The notes under the pieces are model-generated. The model was not told the DNA's origin, did no database searches, and saw only the letters and a list, made by a program, of their open reading frames with translations. Position numbers and translations under genes: made by a program. Below, piece by piece: positions 42,585 through 53,155 of a stretch of DNA of 64,000 bases. The first letter of the stretch is position 1. Each line of letters begins with the position of its first letter. Source of the stretch: a virus; IMG/VR virus record IMGVR_UViG_3300041097_000006; one strand, given 5' to 3'.

Positions 42585-43802
42585 TTAGAACGTGCCCGTC
42601 ACCAGCGCGAGCGGCCGATAGACCGTTAGAGCCAGGCGCTCTTCGCACAGGATCGCCACCATGTTTTTCACGAAAAAATCGCTGTGCGATTCGCTGATGC
42701 GGATGTTGGCATCCTCCCGGTCCCACACCTGCGCGCCCAGCTGGAACGCTCCCACCAGGAACGACCCCGTGGCCATGCTGTTCGTCGGCACCACCGGGCG
42801 GCCCCACACCATCGGGGCGCGCTGCATGGACGGGTCGCCGAACAGATAACGGCCCTGCGTGTCCTTGAGCAGCAGCAGTTCGGCCCAATCGACATGAGAC
42901 AGCACCACGCCGTCCCCGACGTACTCGGAGCCGGTGGTCACCTGGAGCAGCGCCCGGAGGATCGTATCAAGCCGCTGGTCTCCCGACACCGCGCCGGAAT
43001 ACGCCGTGGCCTGGTTCATGAGGCCGTCCAGCGTGCCGCCGGTGCCGTCGCCGTTGAGGATTTCGTCCTCTTCCTCCAGCTTGAGACCGTAGGTCAGGCG
43101 GTTATCGATGTACCCCATCAGCATGCCGGCATCGGACAGCACCTGGCGCGATGCGGGAATCCAGTGCGCCACGGTGATAACCGCCGCGGATTCGAGCGTG
43201 AACGTGATGCCCGATTCGGCCTTCGCCACGTTTTCACGGTTCGGGCTCGAATACTGCGGCGCCGCGGAATTTGTGAAAACGTTTTCGCGGGCATACTCCA
43301 CCACGTTGGACCCCGTGACCCCAGTGGGGATCAAGCTGCGGATGGTAAGCTGCCGCTCGGATGGCATGACCATCGCCACCCGATCCGCGGGGACCAGGGG
43401 CTGGCTGGCGCCGGTGGCGTTGACGATAGCCGTCTTGCTCGGAAACAGCGTTTTCAGAGCAACGGCGTCCATCGCCTTCGCCCGCGAACCCAGCGCGGCC
43501 GCGGCCCTCCACTCGTCGGACTCCGCCACCAGTTGACCGGGCGTCTTGACGCCGCGGGCTTCCGGCTCGACGTGGCGTTTCAGGGCGGCATCGGCCTTCT
43601 GCTCGGCGTCCAGGATGCGCGCTTGCAGCTCGGTCGACTTCTCTCCGAGCTTGACCAGCTCTTCGTTCGTCTTGGTGGTGATCGCCGAAAGCGTCTTGAC
43701 CTCGTGCAGGGCCTGATCCATCGCCTGCTGAGTCTGATCCTTCACGTCCTTGAGGCCCTGCTTCAAGACCTCCTGCACTTCCTTGATTTCATCGGGTTCC
43801 AT
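42585..43802 (-). CDS. Copy 2: major capsid protein
   Basis: Same as 4105-5322. Confidence 0.97.
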   Translation of the reverse strand: MEPDEIKEVQEVLKQGLKDVKDQTQQAMDQALHEVKTLSAITTKTNEELVKLGEKSTELQARILDAEQKADAALKRHVEPEARGVKTPGQLVAESDEWRAAAALGSRAKAMDAVALKTLFPSKTAIVNATGASQPLVPADRVAMVMPSERQLTIRSLIPTGVTGSNVVEYARENVFTNSAAPQYSSPNRENVAKAESGITFTLESAAVITVAHWIPASRQVLSDAGMLMGYIDNRLTYGLKLEEEDEILNGDGTGGTLDGLMNQATAYSGAVSGDQRLDTILRALLQVTTGSEYVGDGVVLSHVDWAELLLLKDTQGRYLFGDPSMQRAPMVWGRPVVPTNSMATGSFLVGAFQLGAQVWDREDANIRISESHSDFFVKNMVAILCEERLALTVYRPLALVTGTF

Positions 43803-43813
43803 CTTGCATTCCT

Positions 43814-44416
43814 TTAAAAAGCGTTGAATTCGTTCCGCATAACTTCCGCCAGGCTGGGCGCAGCGTCCCGCCGTCCCGACATCGTGCGGAATCCCCCCGC
43901 AGCAATGGTAACCGCCTGGGTCTTGCTAAACCCTGCATCCCGCAGGAATTCCTCAAATTCTCGAATGGTCTTGACCGCAGATACGCCGGCCGCCACGTTC
44001 ATCGGGAACGTCACCAACGAAATTTCCCACAGCTTAAGCGCGGTCAACTTACGCACTCCACCCTTCGTAATCTCCGCCCCGCCCGGCAGCACGTCGTACC
44101 CAAACGACATGCCGCGCACACTGCGCGCCTTCATGTGCGCTAGGGCCACCTGAGAACGGGGATCTTCCAAGACCAGGCGCCCCTCGAACGCGAGGCCGTG
44201 CTTGTCACTCTTGACCCGCGCGGTGCCAATGGGCTGGTCCGAACGATGCTGCCACAGCATGACGACGCGGCCATCGGCGTTCGCCTCAAACTCCTTGAAC
44301 GCCCCGGCTTGCACCACGTCGCCGCCGCGGTCCACGTTGCCGTACACTGACGCGTAGCCGGAGAACTCCCCCGCATCGTCCGCCTTGAACTCCGTTTCGC
44401 ATGACAAGAATTTCAT
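43814..44416 (-). CDS. Copy 2: prohead protease
   Basis: Same as 5334-5936. Confidence 0.96.
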   Translation of the reverse strand: MKFLSCETEFKADDAGEFSGYASVYGNVDRGGDVVQAGAFKEFEANADGRVVMLWQHRSDQPIGTARVKSDKHGLAFEGRLVLEDPRSQVALAHMKARSVRGMSFGYDVLPGGAEITKGGVRKLTALKLWEISLVTFPMNVAAGVSAVKTIREFEEFLRDAGFSKTQAVTIAAGGFRTMSGRRDAAPSLAEVMRNEFNAF

Positions 44417-45648
44417 GCCTCACCCCCTGTTCCGATCTGTGATACCGGCGCCATGTTAACCTGCGCGGTGTAGGCACTCATGCCGGGGTCATCGGACGGC
44501 GCTAAGTTCTCGCGCACGCGGACTTCATTCCGCGACATGACGCCGTTTTGCAAGAACACCGAGTACAACCCGGCCCGGCCCGGCGCATCGGCCCGACGCA
44601 GCGCGTCCACATCGAACCGGAGGAAATACCGGCCCCGCTGTTCCACGGGCAGCAGCGCCCGGGCAAAGCTTTGCTCGTACCGCGTCAGGTACGGTAGGAG
44701 CGTGAATTGTAAAAACCCCTCGGCATATTTTTCCAAGCTGTTGTAACTCGCCGAATCCTGGGCCATGACCAGATATGGCGGCACCCGGTAGATGCGGCAT
44801 ATCTCTTCGACCTCGAACTTCCGTGTCTCAAGAAACTGCGCGTCTTCAAGCGGCATAGTAACCTGCTTGATGTCCATGCCGCCTTCGAGCAGCTTCACAC
44901 TATGCGCGTTGGTTAAGCCGGTCCAAAGGTCGTTCAGGATCTTCCGCGCGGTCTCACGCTCTTTGTCGCCCAGCCAGTCCTTTGCCAGCACCACCGCGCT
45001 AGACACCGCACCCTGCTTGAAAAACCGTGCCCCGAAACTCTCGGCGGCCAGGCCGTACCCGATAGCCTGCCGGGCGTACCCAACCGGCGAGAGCCCCAGG
45101 TACCCGTTACTGCCAAACCCTTTGAGGTGCCACACCGCGGACTGCGGTAGCAGCGCACCCCCGCGCCGGTACTCCATCGTCCCGTCGGACAGCACCCGCG
45201 CCGTAATCGTCGGGTCCGGGGTAATTGACGTAGGCATGCCCCGTGTGACCGACCGCTCCACGTAGCTATAGGAATTCCCCGCGAGACACAGGGCCGATAC
45301 TTGCGCCTCGCGCAGATCCTGCGGGGTCATCCACAGGTTCGGGCTGCCGTTCAGCAGGCCAGCCAGTTCATGGTCCAAGACCGGAACCGCGGTGCCGTCC
45401 CTGCGCCGCTCGTAGATACCCCAAGGTAGGCCCGCGATGGTCTCCGACAACAGGCGCACGCATGACCACACAGTGGTCAGGCGGAGAGCCGTATCCTCCG
45501 AGATGGTGATACCCGCGTCGGTATCGACGCCCAGGATGCGCCGAATAAACGCTTCGTCCGTGAGCGAGTACGTGCGGCCCCCGGCGGCCTTCGTGCCGCC
45601 GAACAAGCGCCGCAGCAACCCGCCTACAGGACGGGGTTGTTTAGCCAT
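44413..45648 (-). CDS. Copy 2: portal protein
   Basis: Same as 5933-7168. Confidence 0.96.
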   Translation of the reverse strand: MAKQPRPVGGLLRRLFGGTKAAGGRTYSLTDEAFIRRILGVDTDAGITISEDTALRLTTVWSCVRLLSETIAGLPWGIYERRRDGTAVPVLDHELAGLLNGSPNLWMTPQDLREAQVSALCLAGNSYSYVERSVTRGMPTSITPDPTITARVLSDGTMEYRRGGALLPQSAVWHLKGFGSNGYLGLSPVGYARQAIGYGLAAESFGARFFKQGAVSSAVVLAKDWLGDKERETARKILNDLWTGLTNAHSVKLLEGGMDIKQVTMPLEDAQFLETRKFEVEEICRIYRVPPYLVMAQDSASYNSLEKYAEGFLQFTLLPYLTRYEQSFARALLPVEQRGRYFLRFDVDALRRADAPGRAGLYSVFLQNGVMSRNEVRVRENLAPSDDPGMSAYTAQVNMAPVSQIGTGGEA

Positions 45649-47330
45649 CCAGATATCCCCTTGTCTTCCTCGCTCCGCACCGCAGCCCGCGACATGCCCA
45701 TGAATATGGCAATCGCCCCGTCAATTTTCTGATCCGCCGCTTGCTTGACGGGTGAGTGCAGCCCCTTCGTGCTCGGCTTCCCAACAACGTTCGACAGGCA
45801 CCACGTGGTGACCGGGTTCCCGTCGTGGTGCACTCGCCCGTCCACCAGGGCGGCGATGAAGTCGTCAACCGGCAGGGCGAAATTCCACGGTTTCTGCTGG
45901 AACTCTACTATATCTAGGGAATCGCCGACAATCTCCCCCACATCTAGGGCTACCTGCTGCGCGTTGAAAGGGTCGAAGATGAATTCCCGGGCCCCGTAGG
46001 TGCGCAAGTCCGCGGCCACCTGCTCGGTAATCAGGCCGAAGTCCACCACCGCGCCGAGGGTCGGGGTGAGATGCCCCTCGCGCACCCACCGTTCATAGCT
46101 GGTACGGTTTTTCCCAGGGGCCTCGATGGTCTCCTGGGGAAGCCAGTACCGGCCGAACAGGTAGTAGTGGGGCTTTCCGTCCAGATACTTACGGAATGTA
46201 TAGCTGGCAGCGCACAGGTCGATCTTGGACGCCATATCCAGAGACCCGAAACACTCGCACCCCGCGAGGTCCGCCGGCATCAACAGCGGGTCCGCTGCGC
46301 GCTGCCAGTGCGCCAGGGGGATCAGCTGCGAACCAGCGCCGCACCACGCATTCAGGTGCTTGGTCTTGAACCGCGCCTGTGTTGCCGGCGTCATGATGGC
46401 CGCCCGCTGTTGCGCAATCAAAAAATCCTCGAACACGGAAACCCCGTAGTTGGGGTTCGCCTTCCGCAGCGCGGCCGGGTCCGTCCAGTCGTCGGCGTCG
46501 TCGATGCCGTAGAGCAGCCCGAACGCCTCGGGGTCGTCGATGACACCCTCCAGGATTTTTTTCACCCCCTGTTCATGCTCGTAGCATGGGCCTGCCAGGT
46601 TGTCCCCGGCGGTGGTGATAATCAACAGCAGTGGCTGCTCTCGCGCGCCCATGCCGGTCTGCATCGTGTCCACTAGATCCGGTACAGCATGCTCATGGTA
46701 TTCATCAACAATGGCCGCGTGCGGGCTGGCGCCGTCCCCAGGTTTTCCAATGACGGGCTCGAACCGCGAGAAGTCCGCCTCGATAACCATCGAAGCTTTC
46801 AGTACCTCAATCCCGGCCGCCTCCAGCAAGTCCGGCGTTTTCTCGGCCATGAGCCGCGCCGGCCGGAACACCTCCCACGCCTGCCTTTCCGTTGTGGCAC
46901 CGCTGTACACCTCCGCACCGTGTTCCCCATCCGCGCAGAAGAGCGCCAGGCCGATGGCCGCGGCCAGTACTGACTTACCGTTCTTGCGGGGGATTCGCAA
47001 GTATGCCGAACGGAAACGGCGCAGGCCGTCCTTATGACGCCGCCATCCGAAAATGTTGCACACGATGAACGACTGCCACGGTGCCAGTATCAGCATCTGC
47101 CGTTGCGCGGCCCACTTGCCCTTGACGTGCGGCAGAGCCTCGATGAACCGACACACGCGCTCGGCTTCGTCGACGTCGAAATAGTACGGGTGCCCCGGCG
47201 TGTCTGACTCGGCCAGGTCGTTCAGGAACCGTTCGCACGCGCGGACTACCCACGCGCAATTGGGGATGGCCCCGTCGATTACACCGTGCGCATAATCGAG
47301 TGCTGCCTGGACGTGGGGGCAATCAGCCAC
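45624..47330 (-). CDS. terL: Copy 2: terminase large subunit
   Basis: Same as 7144-8850. Confidence 0.97.
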   Translation of the reverse strand: MADCPHVQAALDYAHGVIDGAIPNCAWVVRACERFLNDLAESDTPGHPYYFDVDEAERVCRFIEALPHVKGKWAAQRQMLILAPWQSFIVCNIFGWRRHKDGLRRFRSAYLRIPRKNGKSVLAAAIGLALFCADGEHGAEVYSGATTERQAWEVFRPARLMAEKTPDLLEAAGIEVLKASMVIEADFSRFEPVIGKPGDGASPHAAIVDEYHEHAVPDLVDTMQTGMGAREQPLLLIITTAGDNLAGPCYEHEQGVKKILEGVIDDPEAFGLLYGIDDADDWTDPAALRKANPNYGVSVFEDFLIAQQRAAIMTPATQARFKTKHLNAWCGAGSQLIPLAHWQRAADPLLMPADLAGCECFGSLDMASKIDLCAASYTFRKYLDGKPHYYLFGRYWLPQETIEAPGKNRTSYERWVREGHLTPTLGAVVDFGLITEQVAADLRTYGAREFIFDPFNAQQVALDVGEIVGDSLDIVEFQQKPWNFALPVDDFIAALVDGRVHHDGNPVTTWCLSNVVGKPSTKGLHSPVKQAADQKIDGAIAIFMGMSRAAVRSEEDKGISGWLNNPVL

Positions 47331-47754
47331 GTGAGAGCAGCCCTCTGAACGCGTTCGCTCTTGGTGCCACGGGCAGACCGCGCATGACCTCCCCGCGCCC
47401 GGTGGGCGTCAGGCCCAGAGCCCGTAGGATCACGAACAGCCGGTTCAGCAAAGCCGGTTCCATGAACGCCCCATCCGCGCGGAACCGCGTCAGCAGGACC
47501 GCGGCCATCTCCACCACGAAGGCATCCGAAGTTTTCAGGGCCCCGGGAGGGGCGGCCCGTACCAGTTCGGCATAGCACAGAGCCGACTCCCACCCCATGT
47601 GATCGGGCGGAATGGGCTCCAGATCGGGCAAGCCCCCGGGTGCAGGTGTGCCCCCGGGTGCAGGCGGGCCGGAGGGCGCCGGGGCGGCGCGACGCTGCGG
47701 GTTTTTTTTGTACGCCCCCCGCAGCTCTAGGACGTTGGTCGGTAGCCGGCGCAT
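47323..47754 (-). CDS. terS: Copy 2: terminase small subunit
   Basis: Same as 8843-9274. Confidence 0.88.
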   Translation of the reverse strand: MRRLPTNVLELRGAYKKNPQRRAAPAPSGPPAPGGTPAPGGLPDLEPIPPDHMGWESALCYAELVRAAPPGALKTSDAFVVEMAAVLLTRFRADGAFMEPALLNRLFVILRALGLTPTGRGEVMRGLPVAPRANAFRGLLSRG

Positions 47755-47909
47755 CGCAGCATCCATCTAGTGGGTAGACGGATGCCTAATACTAGATGTA
47801 GGGGGGTTATGTCAAGGCGGGTCCCGGGGGAGGGGGCGTTAACCGACGGAATCCGGCGATGAACACGTTGCAGCGGACGGGCCTGACGGCCCTCCGCTGA
47901 ATTCACACG

Positions 47910-48080
47910 TTAGGTTTCTCGGGCACGCTTGAGCGCAGCCCGCAGCCATTCTTTACCGCCGAGGCGGTCGTACTTCGCCTTCTCGGCTTCCGTTACCCGC
48001 TCCCGAATCATGGCCGTCTGAGCCTCTTCTGGTGGCAGTGCGGGGCGTCCGCGTGGCTTCTTTGGGGCCGCCTTAGTCAT
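47910..48080 (-). CDS. Copy 2: cassette 1 RHH-like regulator
   Basis: Same as 9430-9600. Confidence 0.7.
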   Translation of the reverse strand: MTKAAPKKPRGRPALPPEEAQTAMIRERVTEAEKAKYDRLGGKEWLRAALKRARET

Positions 48081-48357
48081 TCGCGCTCCGCAGGTATTCG
48101 CGCAGCGTGAGCGTTTCTCCGGCGTGCAGCCGCTTGTTGCACTTCGGACAGGTGTATGTCGAGCCGTGCGAACCGTCGCTATGCTCGCAATCAACCGGGT
48201 ACGGTGCTTCTGACCAGCCGCGCGCCATGTTCCACAGGTCAGGCTCGCCATCGCTGCATGGCGTACCTGGCCGAGATTGCGCTCCGCAGCACTGGCAAAC
48301 CGCCCGCACTTTCCCATTCCTCGCTCGCACATAATTGACCGCTTTGCTGGTGCTCAT
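48073..48357 (-). CDS. Copy 2: cassette 1 zinc-ribbon protein
   Basis: Same as 9593-9877. Confidence 0.7.
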   Translation of the reverse strand: MSTSKAVNYVRARNGKVRAVCQCCGAQSRPGTPCSDGEPDLWNMARGWSEAPYPVDCEHSDGSHGSTYTCPKCNKRLHAGETLTLREYLRSAND

Positions 48358-48483
48358 CGTTTGCTCCCGCTTTCGTTGATCGTGCATTTAGTGTGGCACA
48401 ACAATTAGCGGTGCGCAAGCATTATTTGTGGCACAAAAACCTAACTCCACATTGCACCGGATCGCCTCCGGCGCCCGGTGAAT

Positions 48484-48753
48484 TCAGTCGTTAGAGCGCA
48501 TGCGAATCTTGTCCGCCGCATCCCCAGCCGTTCCGTGTTCGTGGTCGCAGATGTTTGCGCAAACCTCGCGCTCGGCGAGCACAGCCAGCCCGACGCAGTT
48601 CTCCGCAATCGCTTCTACTTGCTTGCGCCCGTCGCGCTCGCCGGCTTTGTATGCCGCTTGCGCAACCTCTTCCGCGTCCGCTCTCCCGATCCCATGCCCG
48701 GCCATCATGGAGTGGTATCGCTTGCTGCGCTTCTTCCAGTCTGCAAAGCTCAT
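48484..48753 (-). CDS. Copy 2: cassette 2 hypothetical protein
   Basis: Same as 10004-10273. Confidence 0.7.
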   Translation of the reverse strand: MSFADWKKRSKRYHSMMAGHGIGRADAEEVAQAAYKAGERDGRKQVEAIAENCVGLAVLAEREVCANICDHEHGTAGDAADKIRMRSND

Positions 48754-48847
48754 TTGTCGTTCTCCCTCTTGTCGGCCGTGCGCTCTAACACTACGTTGCA
48801 GCCGACCGCCTTCGGCGGCGGCTGAACTTCGACGTTAGAGCGCTCCA

Positions 48848-49540
48848 TCACTCCGCACCAAAGCTCGCGGCAAGCCGGTCGTCGAAAGCGTCGTCGCTCT
48901 TGTCGCGCAAGATGCCCTCGAAAAACACGTCGGGCTCAGACTCCAGCAGGAAATGCGTCGCGCACGTCCAGGCTTTCGCCTCATCCTTCGCTTCCGGCGT
49001 CATCCTCTCGCTGCGGTCAATGGCCGCGAGGTATTCGCACTTCCGGCACTCTTGGCCGAGTCCGCAGCGCAAATGGTTGTCGGGTAGCGGCATCGCCGGT
49101 CTGGGGTCGTGGCCGCACATCTTGTAGCTGGTCGGCATGCCGCGCTCGCGCTCGTACTGGAACAGCAGCACCATGCGTGGCACTTCGTCGCTGATCTTCA
49201 TTGCCGAGTACATCACTCGCGGCCACTCGCCGCCGTTCTCGCGCAGCCGGTCGCTCTCGGCGTTGCAGGCAGCGTGCCATGCGTGGTCGCCGCATCCGCG
49301 CTGGTCAGTTCCACGGTTCGCCCGTTCCAGCCGCATTCCGCGCATGTACTCGGCGCCTTCCTTCAGCTGCTCCAGCATGTTGCCGCGGTCTCTGGCATAG
49401 CGGCGCAGGTACACGCCGGCCATCAGGCGGTCCTTCTGCTCAGGCGTCATTTTGTCGCGGTCCATGCCGGGCCAGCGCCATAGCTCTTCGTGGTCAATCC
49501 GGTTCGCCAGTGCTTCCAGTTCTTCGGGTGTTGCTGCCAT
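48848..49540 (-). CDS. Copy 2: cassette 3 hypothetical protein
   Basis: Same as 10368-11060. Confidence 0.8.
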   Translation of the reverse strand: MAATPEELEALANRIDHEELWRWPGMDRDKMTPEQKDRLMAGVYLRRYARDRGNMLEQLKEGAEYMRGMRLERANRGTDQRGCGDHAWHAACNAESDRLRENGGEWPRVMYSAMKISDEVPRMVLLFQYERERGMPTSYKMCGHDPRPAMPLPDNHLRCGLGQECRKCEYLAAIDRSERMTPEAKDEAKAWTCATHFLLESEPDVFFEGILRDKSDDAFDDRLAASFGAE

Positions 49541-49620
49541 CTTCAAATTCTCCAAGTTCTACCACCGCGCTCTAACTATCGCTTGCAGCGGACGCCGTAC
49601 CGGCGCCGCTGAAGCTGGCG

Positions 49621-49878
49621 TTAGAACCCTTGAAACTCGCCCATGCGCTCGAACTGGTCGCGGGTCAGGAATACCGGCGTCACGGTGTATTCGCAGTCGC
49701 TCTCCGCAACCATCGCCTCAGCCTCGGCCGGCTCCATCACGCACGCGGTGCCGTCGTGCTCGACGCGAGAAAATCGCTCCGTCTTGTAGTCTTCGCACCC
49801 CGGCGCATGGTCAGCCGGTGGGTATTTGCCGCCCTTCGTTTCTTGCCAGTCGCGGCACCAGTCCTTGCAGTTGCACAT
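49621..49878 (-). CDS. Copy 2: cassette 4 hypothetical protein
   Basis: Same as 11141-11398. Confidence 0.7.
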   Translation of the reverse strand: MCNCKDWCRDWQETKGGKYPPADHAPGCEDYKTERFSRVEHDGTACVMEPAEAEAMVAESDCEYTVTPVFLTRDQFERMGEFQGF

Positions 49879-49956
49879 GGGTTCTAACCCTCCGTTGCAG
49901 CAGACGCCGTGAAGCGCCGCAGGTTTATCCAAGCGCCGTCGCGCGGCGCTGCTGAA

Positions 49957-50484
49957 CTACACGTTATGCGACGCAGCCCGAATCTCCCACAGGGTTCGAG
50001 CAACCCCGCTTTCCTCGGTGGCATCGCGCTTGTCCCGGAGCTTCACGCTGCTTTCGGCCCAGTTCTTGCGCGGTGCCAAGTCCTTCGCTTTCACCCAACC
50101 GGCAGCGCGGAGGGATGCCCCGCTTTCGTCCTGCCGGGTGTAGGTAATACACCGCCTGTACCCCATGGCTTTCGCCGCCCGCCAAATCGCCCCATACAAC
50201 ATCGAGTTGGCATTTCTGGTTCCATCGGTGCAAGTGCGGTTAACTTCCAAGGTCAGGCCGTCGTCAAAGCACCGGGCCACGGGTCGCCCAGCCGTAGCAA
50301 CGCCAACCAGTTCGGTGCCCTGGCGCAGCCCAACCCCAAACTTCCAGCCTGTCGGCGGCTTGTTGTGTCGGCGCATCGCGGCCACGAACGCCTTGGCCTC
50401 TGCCAGTGTTATCGGCACCACATGCAAAACCGGCATAACAAGGCGGTCAAGCGGACCTGCCGAAACGGCGCTTTCGCTCATCAT
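49957..50484 (-). CDS. Copy 2: cassette 5 XF1762-family protein
   Basis: Same as 11477-12004. Confidence 0.8.
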   Translation of the reverse strand: MMSESAVSAGPLDRLVMPVLHVVPITLAEAKAFVAAMRRHNKPPTGWKFGVGLRQGTELVGVATAGRPVARCFDDGLTLEVNRTCTDGTRNANSMLYGAIWRAAKAMGYRRCITYTRQDESGASLRAAGWVKAKDLAPRKNWAESSVKLRDKRDATEESGVARTLWEIRAASHNV

Positions 50485-50527
50485 TTACCCTTATCTCGCG
50501 GCAGTCCGCTTACCTCTACGTTAGGTT

Positions 50528-50695
50528 TCATTTCCGCGGCTTCCTGGCCAGCTCGCGCACAAGCCAAGCCTTCCCGCCACGCGCTTCGTATTCAGCCTTC
50601 TGTGCCTCCGTCACCCGCTCCCGAATCATGGCCGTCTGCGCTTGGTCAGGCGGTAGCGCAGGACGGCCGGGCTGTCGTTTCTCGGCCTTGGTCAT
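50528..50695 (-). CDS. Copy 2: cassette 6 RHH-like regulator
   Basis: Same as 12048-12215. Confidence 0.75.
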   Translation of the reverse strand: MTKAEKRQPGRPALPPDQAQTAMIRERVTEAQKAEYEARGGKAWLVRELARKPRK

Positions 50696-50883
50696 GCGGC
50701 AATCGCATCCACGCCAGGAGCGCGAATCACAAGATCATTGCTGCCGCAATCCGGGCAACAATAGTTGTCCACCTTGGTCAAGGTGCCATCGGCCTTCCAG
50801 CCGGTCCAAGGCTTGTTCTCCCGCTCTTCCAGCGGGAGAATTACGCGGCACTTCATGCAACGGAAATGGGTCTCGGTTTTCAT
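50692..50883 (-). CDS. Copy 2: cassette 6 zinc-ribbon protein
   Basis: Same as 12212-12403. Confidence 0.7.
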   Translation of the reverse strand: MKTETHFRCMKCRVILPLEERENKPWTGWKADGTLTKVDNYCCPDCGSNDLVIRAPGVDAIAA

Positions 50884-50894
50884 CTTCGCCTCCA

Positions 50895-51038
50895 TTACTT
50901 CGGGGCGCGTTGCGTAACTTTGAGCTGACCCTTCAGGTGGCCTTCGAGAATTTCGATCTCGTAGAACATCCCGCCGTGAATGGTCATGGTCTTGCCGGTA
51001 TAGCGGGCTAGGTCGCCGTAGAAGTAGGTGGTTTTCAT
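50895..51038 (-). CDS. Copy 2: cassette 6 47-aa protein
   Basis: Same as 12415-12558. Confidence 0.65.
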   Translation of the reverse strand: MKTTYFYGDLARYTGKTMTIHGGMFYEIEILEGHLKGQLKVTQRAPK

Positions 51039-51174
51039 GTTGCGCTCCGCGTTCGTTGATGGTGTAGTTATTGTGGCGCAATAATCAACCATTGTCAAGC
51101 GTTTTCGTGGCACAGAAACCTAACTCCACATTCCACCGGACGGCCCAAATCTGCGCTTTGGTCCTCCGGTGAAT

Positions 51175-51738
51175 TCAGCCGTTGGGCTTCATGAAAACGT
51201 ACCAGTGCGTTCCGGCCTTCTTGCCGGAGGTGTTGCCGAACAGTGGCCGCACTGGCGTCAGATCCAAGACCTCGCGCACCTTCACTTGCGTTTCGTTCCA
51301 CTTGAACACGAGCACGCCGTGAGGCCTCAGCACGCGGAAGCATTCGGCAAAGCCGGCGCGCAGGTCGTCGCGCCAGTCCTGGCCGAGCTTCCCGTACTTC
51401 GCCGCCAGCCAGGAGCGCGGGCCAGCGCGCACCAAATGCGGCGGGTCAAACGCTACGAGGTGGAAGCTCTCTTCCGGGTATGGCAGCGCCCGGAAGTCCA
51501 TCATCACGTCCGGCTCAATGCACAGCGTTCGCGTGCCATCCTCGCGGCCGTGCGAGCGGTCGGTCACGGTCACGGTCTCGCTGCGCCGGTCTCCGAACAC
51601 GACGTCCGGGTTCTCGCGGTCAAACCAGAACATCCGGCTACCGCAGCAGGGGTCAAGCACGCGCGGCATGCAGCCCAACCCGTCGGTCAACACGGACTGC
51701 CCGCCAGCAGCGTTCGTTCGCGCGTTGTGGTCGCTCAA
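51175..51738 (-). CDS. Copy 2: cassette 7 methyltransferase
   Basis: Same as 12695-13258. Confidence 0.85.
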   Translation of the reverse strand: MSDHNARTNAAGGQSVLTDGLGCMPRVLDPCCGSRMFWFDRENPDVVFGDRRSETVTVTDRSHGREDGTRTLCIEPDVMMDFRALPYPEESFHLVAFDPPHLVRAGPRSWLAAKYGKLGQDWRDDLRAGFAECFRVLRPHGVLVFKWNETQVKVREVLDLTPVRPLFGNTSGKKAGTHWYVFMKPNG

Positions 51739-51792
51739 CCTTCTTCTCCTTCGGTGGCCGCGCCAGAGGCGGGCAGCCGGTTACCTTCGACG

Positions 51793-51990
51793 TTAGAGCG
51801 CGTCTTGATCCTGCGCGTAATAGACCTTCCTCGCCTCGGAAATAACTTGCGTAATCGCAGAGCCGAGCCGCGAGGATGGCCACTTGTTTTCGAGTTGGTC
51901 CCGCAGAGCCGTCCACTCCTTCACCGACATGGTGATCTTCACGGTTGCCTCAATCTCGTCAGGCGCTTCAATCATGAATCTGGCTTTCAT
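51793..51990 (-). CDS. Copy 2: cassette 8 hypothetical protein
   Basis: Same as 13313-13510. Confidence 0.7.
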   Translation of the reverse strand: MKARFMIEAPDEIEATVKITMSVKEWTALRDQLENKWPSSRLGSAITQVISEARKVYYAQDQDAL

Positions 51991-52130
51991 TTCTTTCTCC
52001 GTAGTTACCTGCGCTCTAACATTTGCGTCAACGCGGACGCTTCGCAAGCTCAGCGCCGACTGCACCGGCATTGTGGAACCGAAAATTTGCCTGGGAGCGA
52101 CGGTTTCCATTCCGCCACGCCACGAAATTT

Positions 52131-52595
52131 TCACCCCCCTTCCCCTCCGTCGATATTTTCCGAACAGGATCGGCCAATCGGCATTTCCCGCGGCCCGTCG
52201 TCCGGCTGCCGGCTCGTACCGTCACGCTGGCGCCCCGGGTGCCGCTCGTAGCCCCTCTGACGCTCCGCCTCCGACTTGGCATCACTGCATGCCCGGCAGA
52301 GCCCTTGCGTATTCTCCGGCGTGTCCGAGCCGCCTTCAGCCAGCGGCACGATGTGATCCCGAATCGTCGCCAGTTCGACCCGTCCCGCCGCCTCACACGC
52401 CGCGCACAACGGGGAGTGCCGAAACAGTTCCTCGCGCTGCCGCTGGAGCCATCGCCCGGTTCTCCGCCGGCCCGTTTCGCTCGCGGTATTTTTCCACGCC
52501 GGTTGTTCGTGATCGCCACACCGCGAGGATTTACCGTCCGTTAATTCTGTGCATCCAGGATACGTGCACGGTTTTTTCGGTAATTTTCTCGCCAC
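52131..52595 (-). CDS. Copy 2: HNH endonuclease
   Basis: Same as 13651-14115. Confidence 0.9.
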   Translation of the reverse strand: MARKLPKKPCTYPGCTELTDGKSSRCGDHEQPAWKNTASETGRRRTGRWLQRQREELFRHSPLCAACEAAGRVELATIRDHIVPLAEGGSDTPENTQGLCRACSDAKSEAERQRGYERHPGRQRDGTSRQPDDGPREMPIGRSCSENIDGGEGG

Positions 52596-52676
52596 GGTAT
52601 TTCCTCCTGAAATATAAATAGGCATCCCGCATACCGTCCGGCCCGCCGTCCGATTCGCCCATCTCCTCCATCCCCT

Positions 52677-52876
52677 TGTCCGAAACGTCCGATTCACCTC
52701 CCCTTTAGGGGGTGAATCGGACGTTTCGGACATAGGGGAATGGATGGGCGTACGATAATCGACGTGACTAATCGGACATGAATCGTACGCTGATTCGTAC
52801 GCTGCGAATACGAAAAATCGGACGATAATTATCGTCATGAACGCGGTAATTATGAGCCCGGTTATCATAATTACCG
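52677..52876. promoter_or_regulatory. Copy 2: inverted-repeat cluster
   Basis: Same as 14197-14396. Confidence 0.6.
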
Positions 52877-53155
52877 TACCGAACCCGCCCGCACCACGGG
52901 ATACCGGCCCGTCCGCCAAATCGTCCAGGGCGAATTCAACGCCCCCCGTAACCCGCCGGGGGCCAGGTCCAGCAGCGCGCAACACCACACGAACCCGAAC
53001 GGCCGGCGGTCGTCGCTGTATACCCACCGCGCGGGCTCCAGTGTGGCCGCCACGTCCGGGGGCATCTGGCGCAGGTTCGCCTGGTGGTCACGGACGGCCT
53101 GGAGGATGACGGCGGCCACCAGGCCCCGGTGAAACGCTATTTGCTCGGCGTTCAT
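52871..53155 (-). CDS. Copy 2: hypothetical protein (94 aa)
   Basis: Same as 14391-14675. Confidence 0.7.
   Translation of the reverse strand: MNAEQIAFHRGLVAAVILQAVRDHQANLRQMPPDVAATLEPARWVYSDDRRPFGFVWCCALLDLAPGGLRGALNSPWTIWRTGRYPVVRAGSVR

Larger units (their letters stand above)
47862..52058 (+). mobile_element. Copy 2: attC cassette array (sites at 47862-47915, 48439-48496, 48783-48840, 49570-49626, 49882-49969, 50433-50526, 51118-51187, 51673-51798, 52014-52058)
   Basis: Same as 9382-13578, same cassette order. Confidence 0.92.
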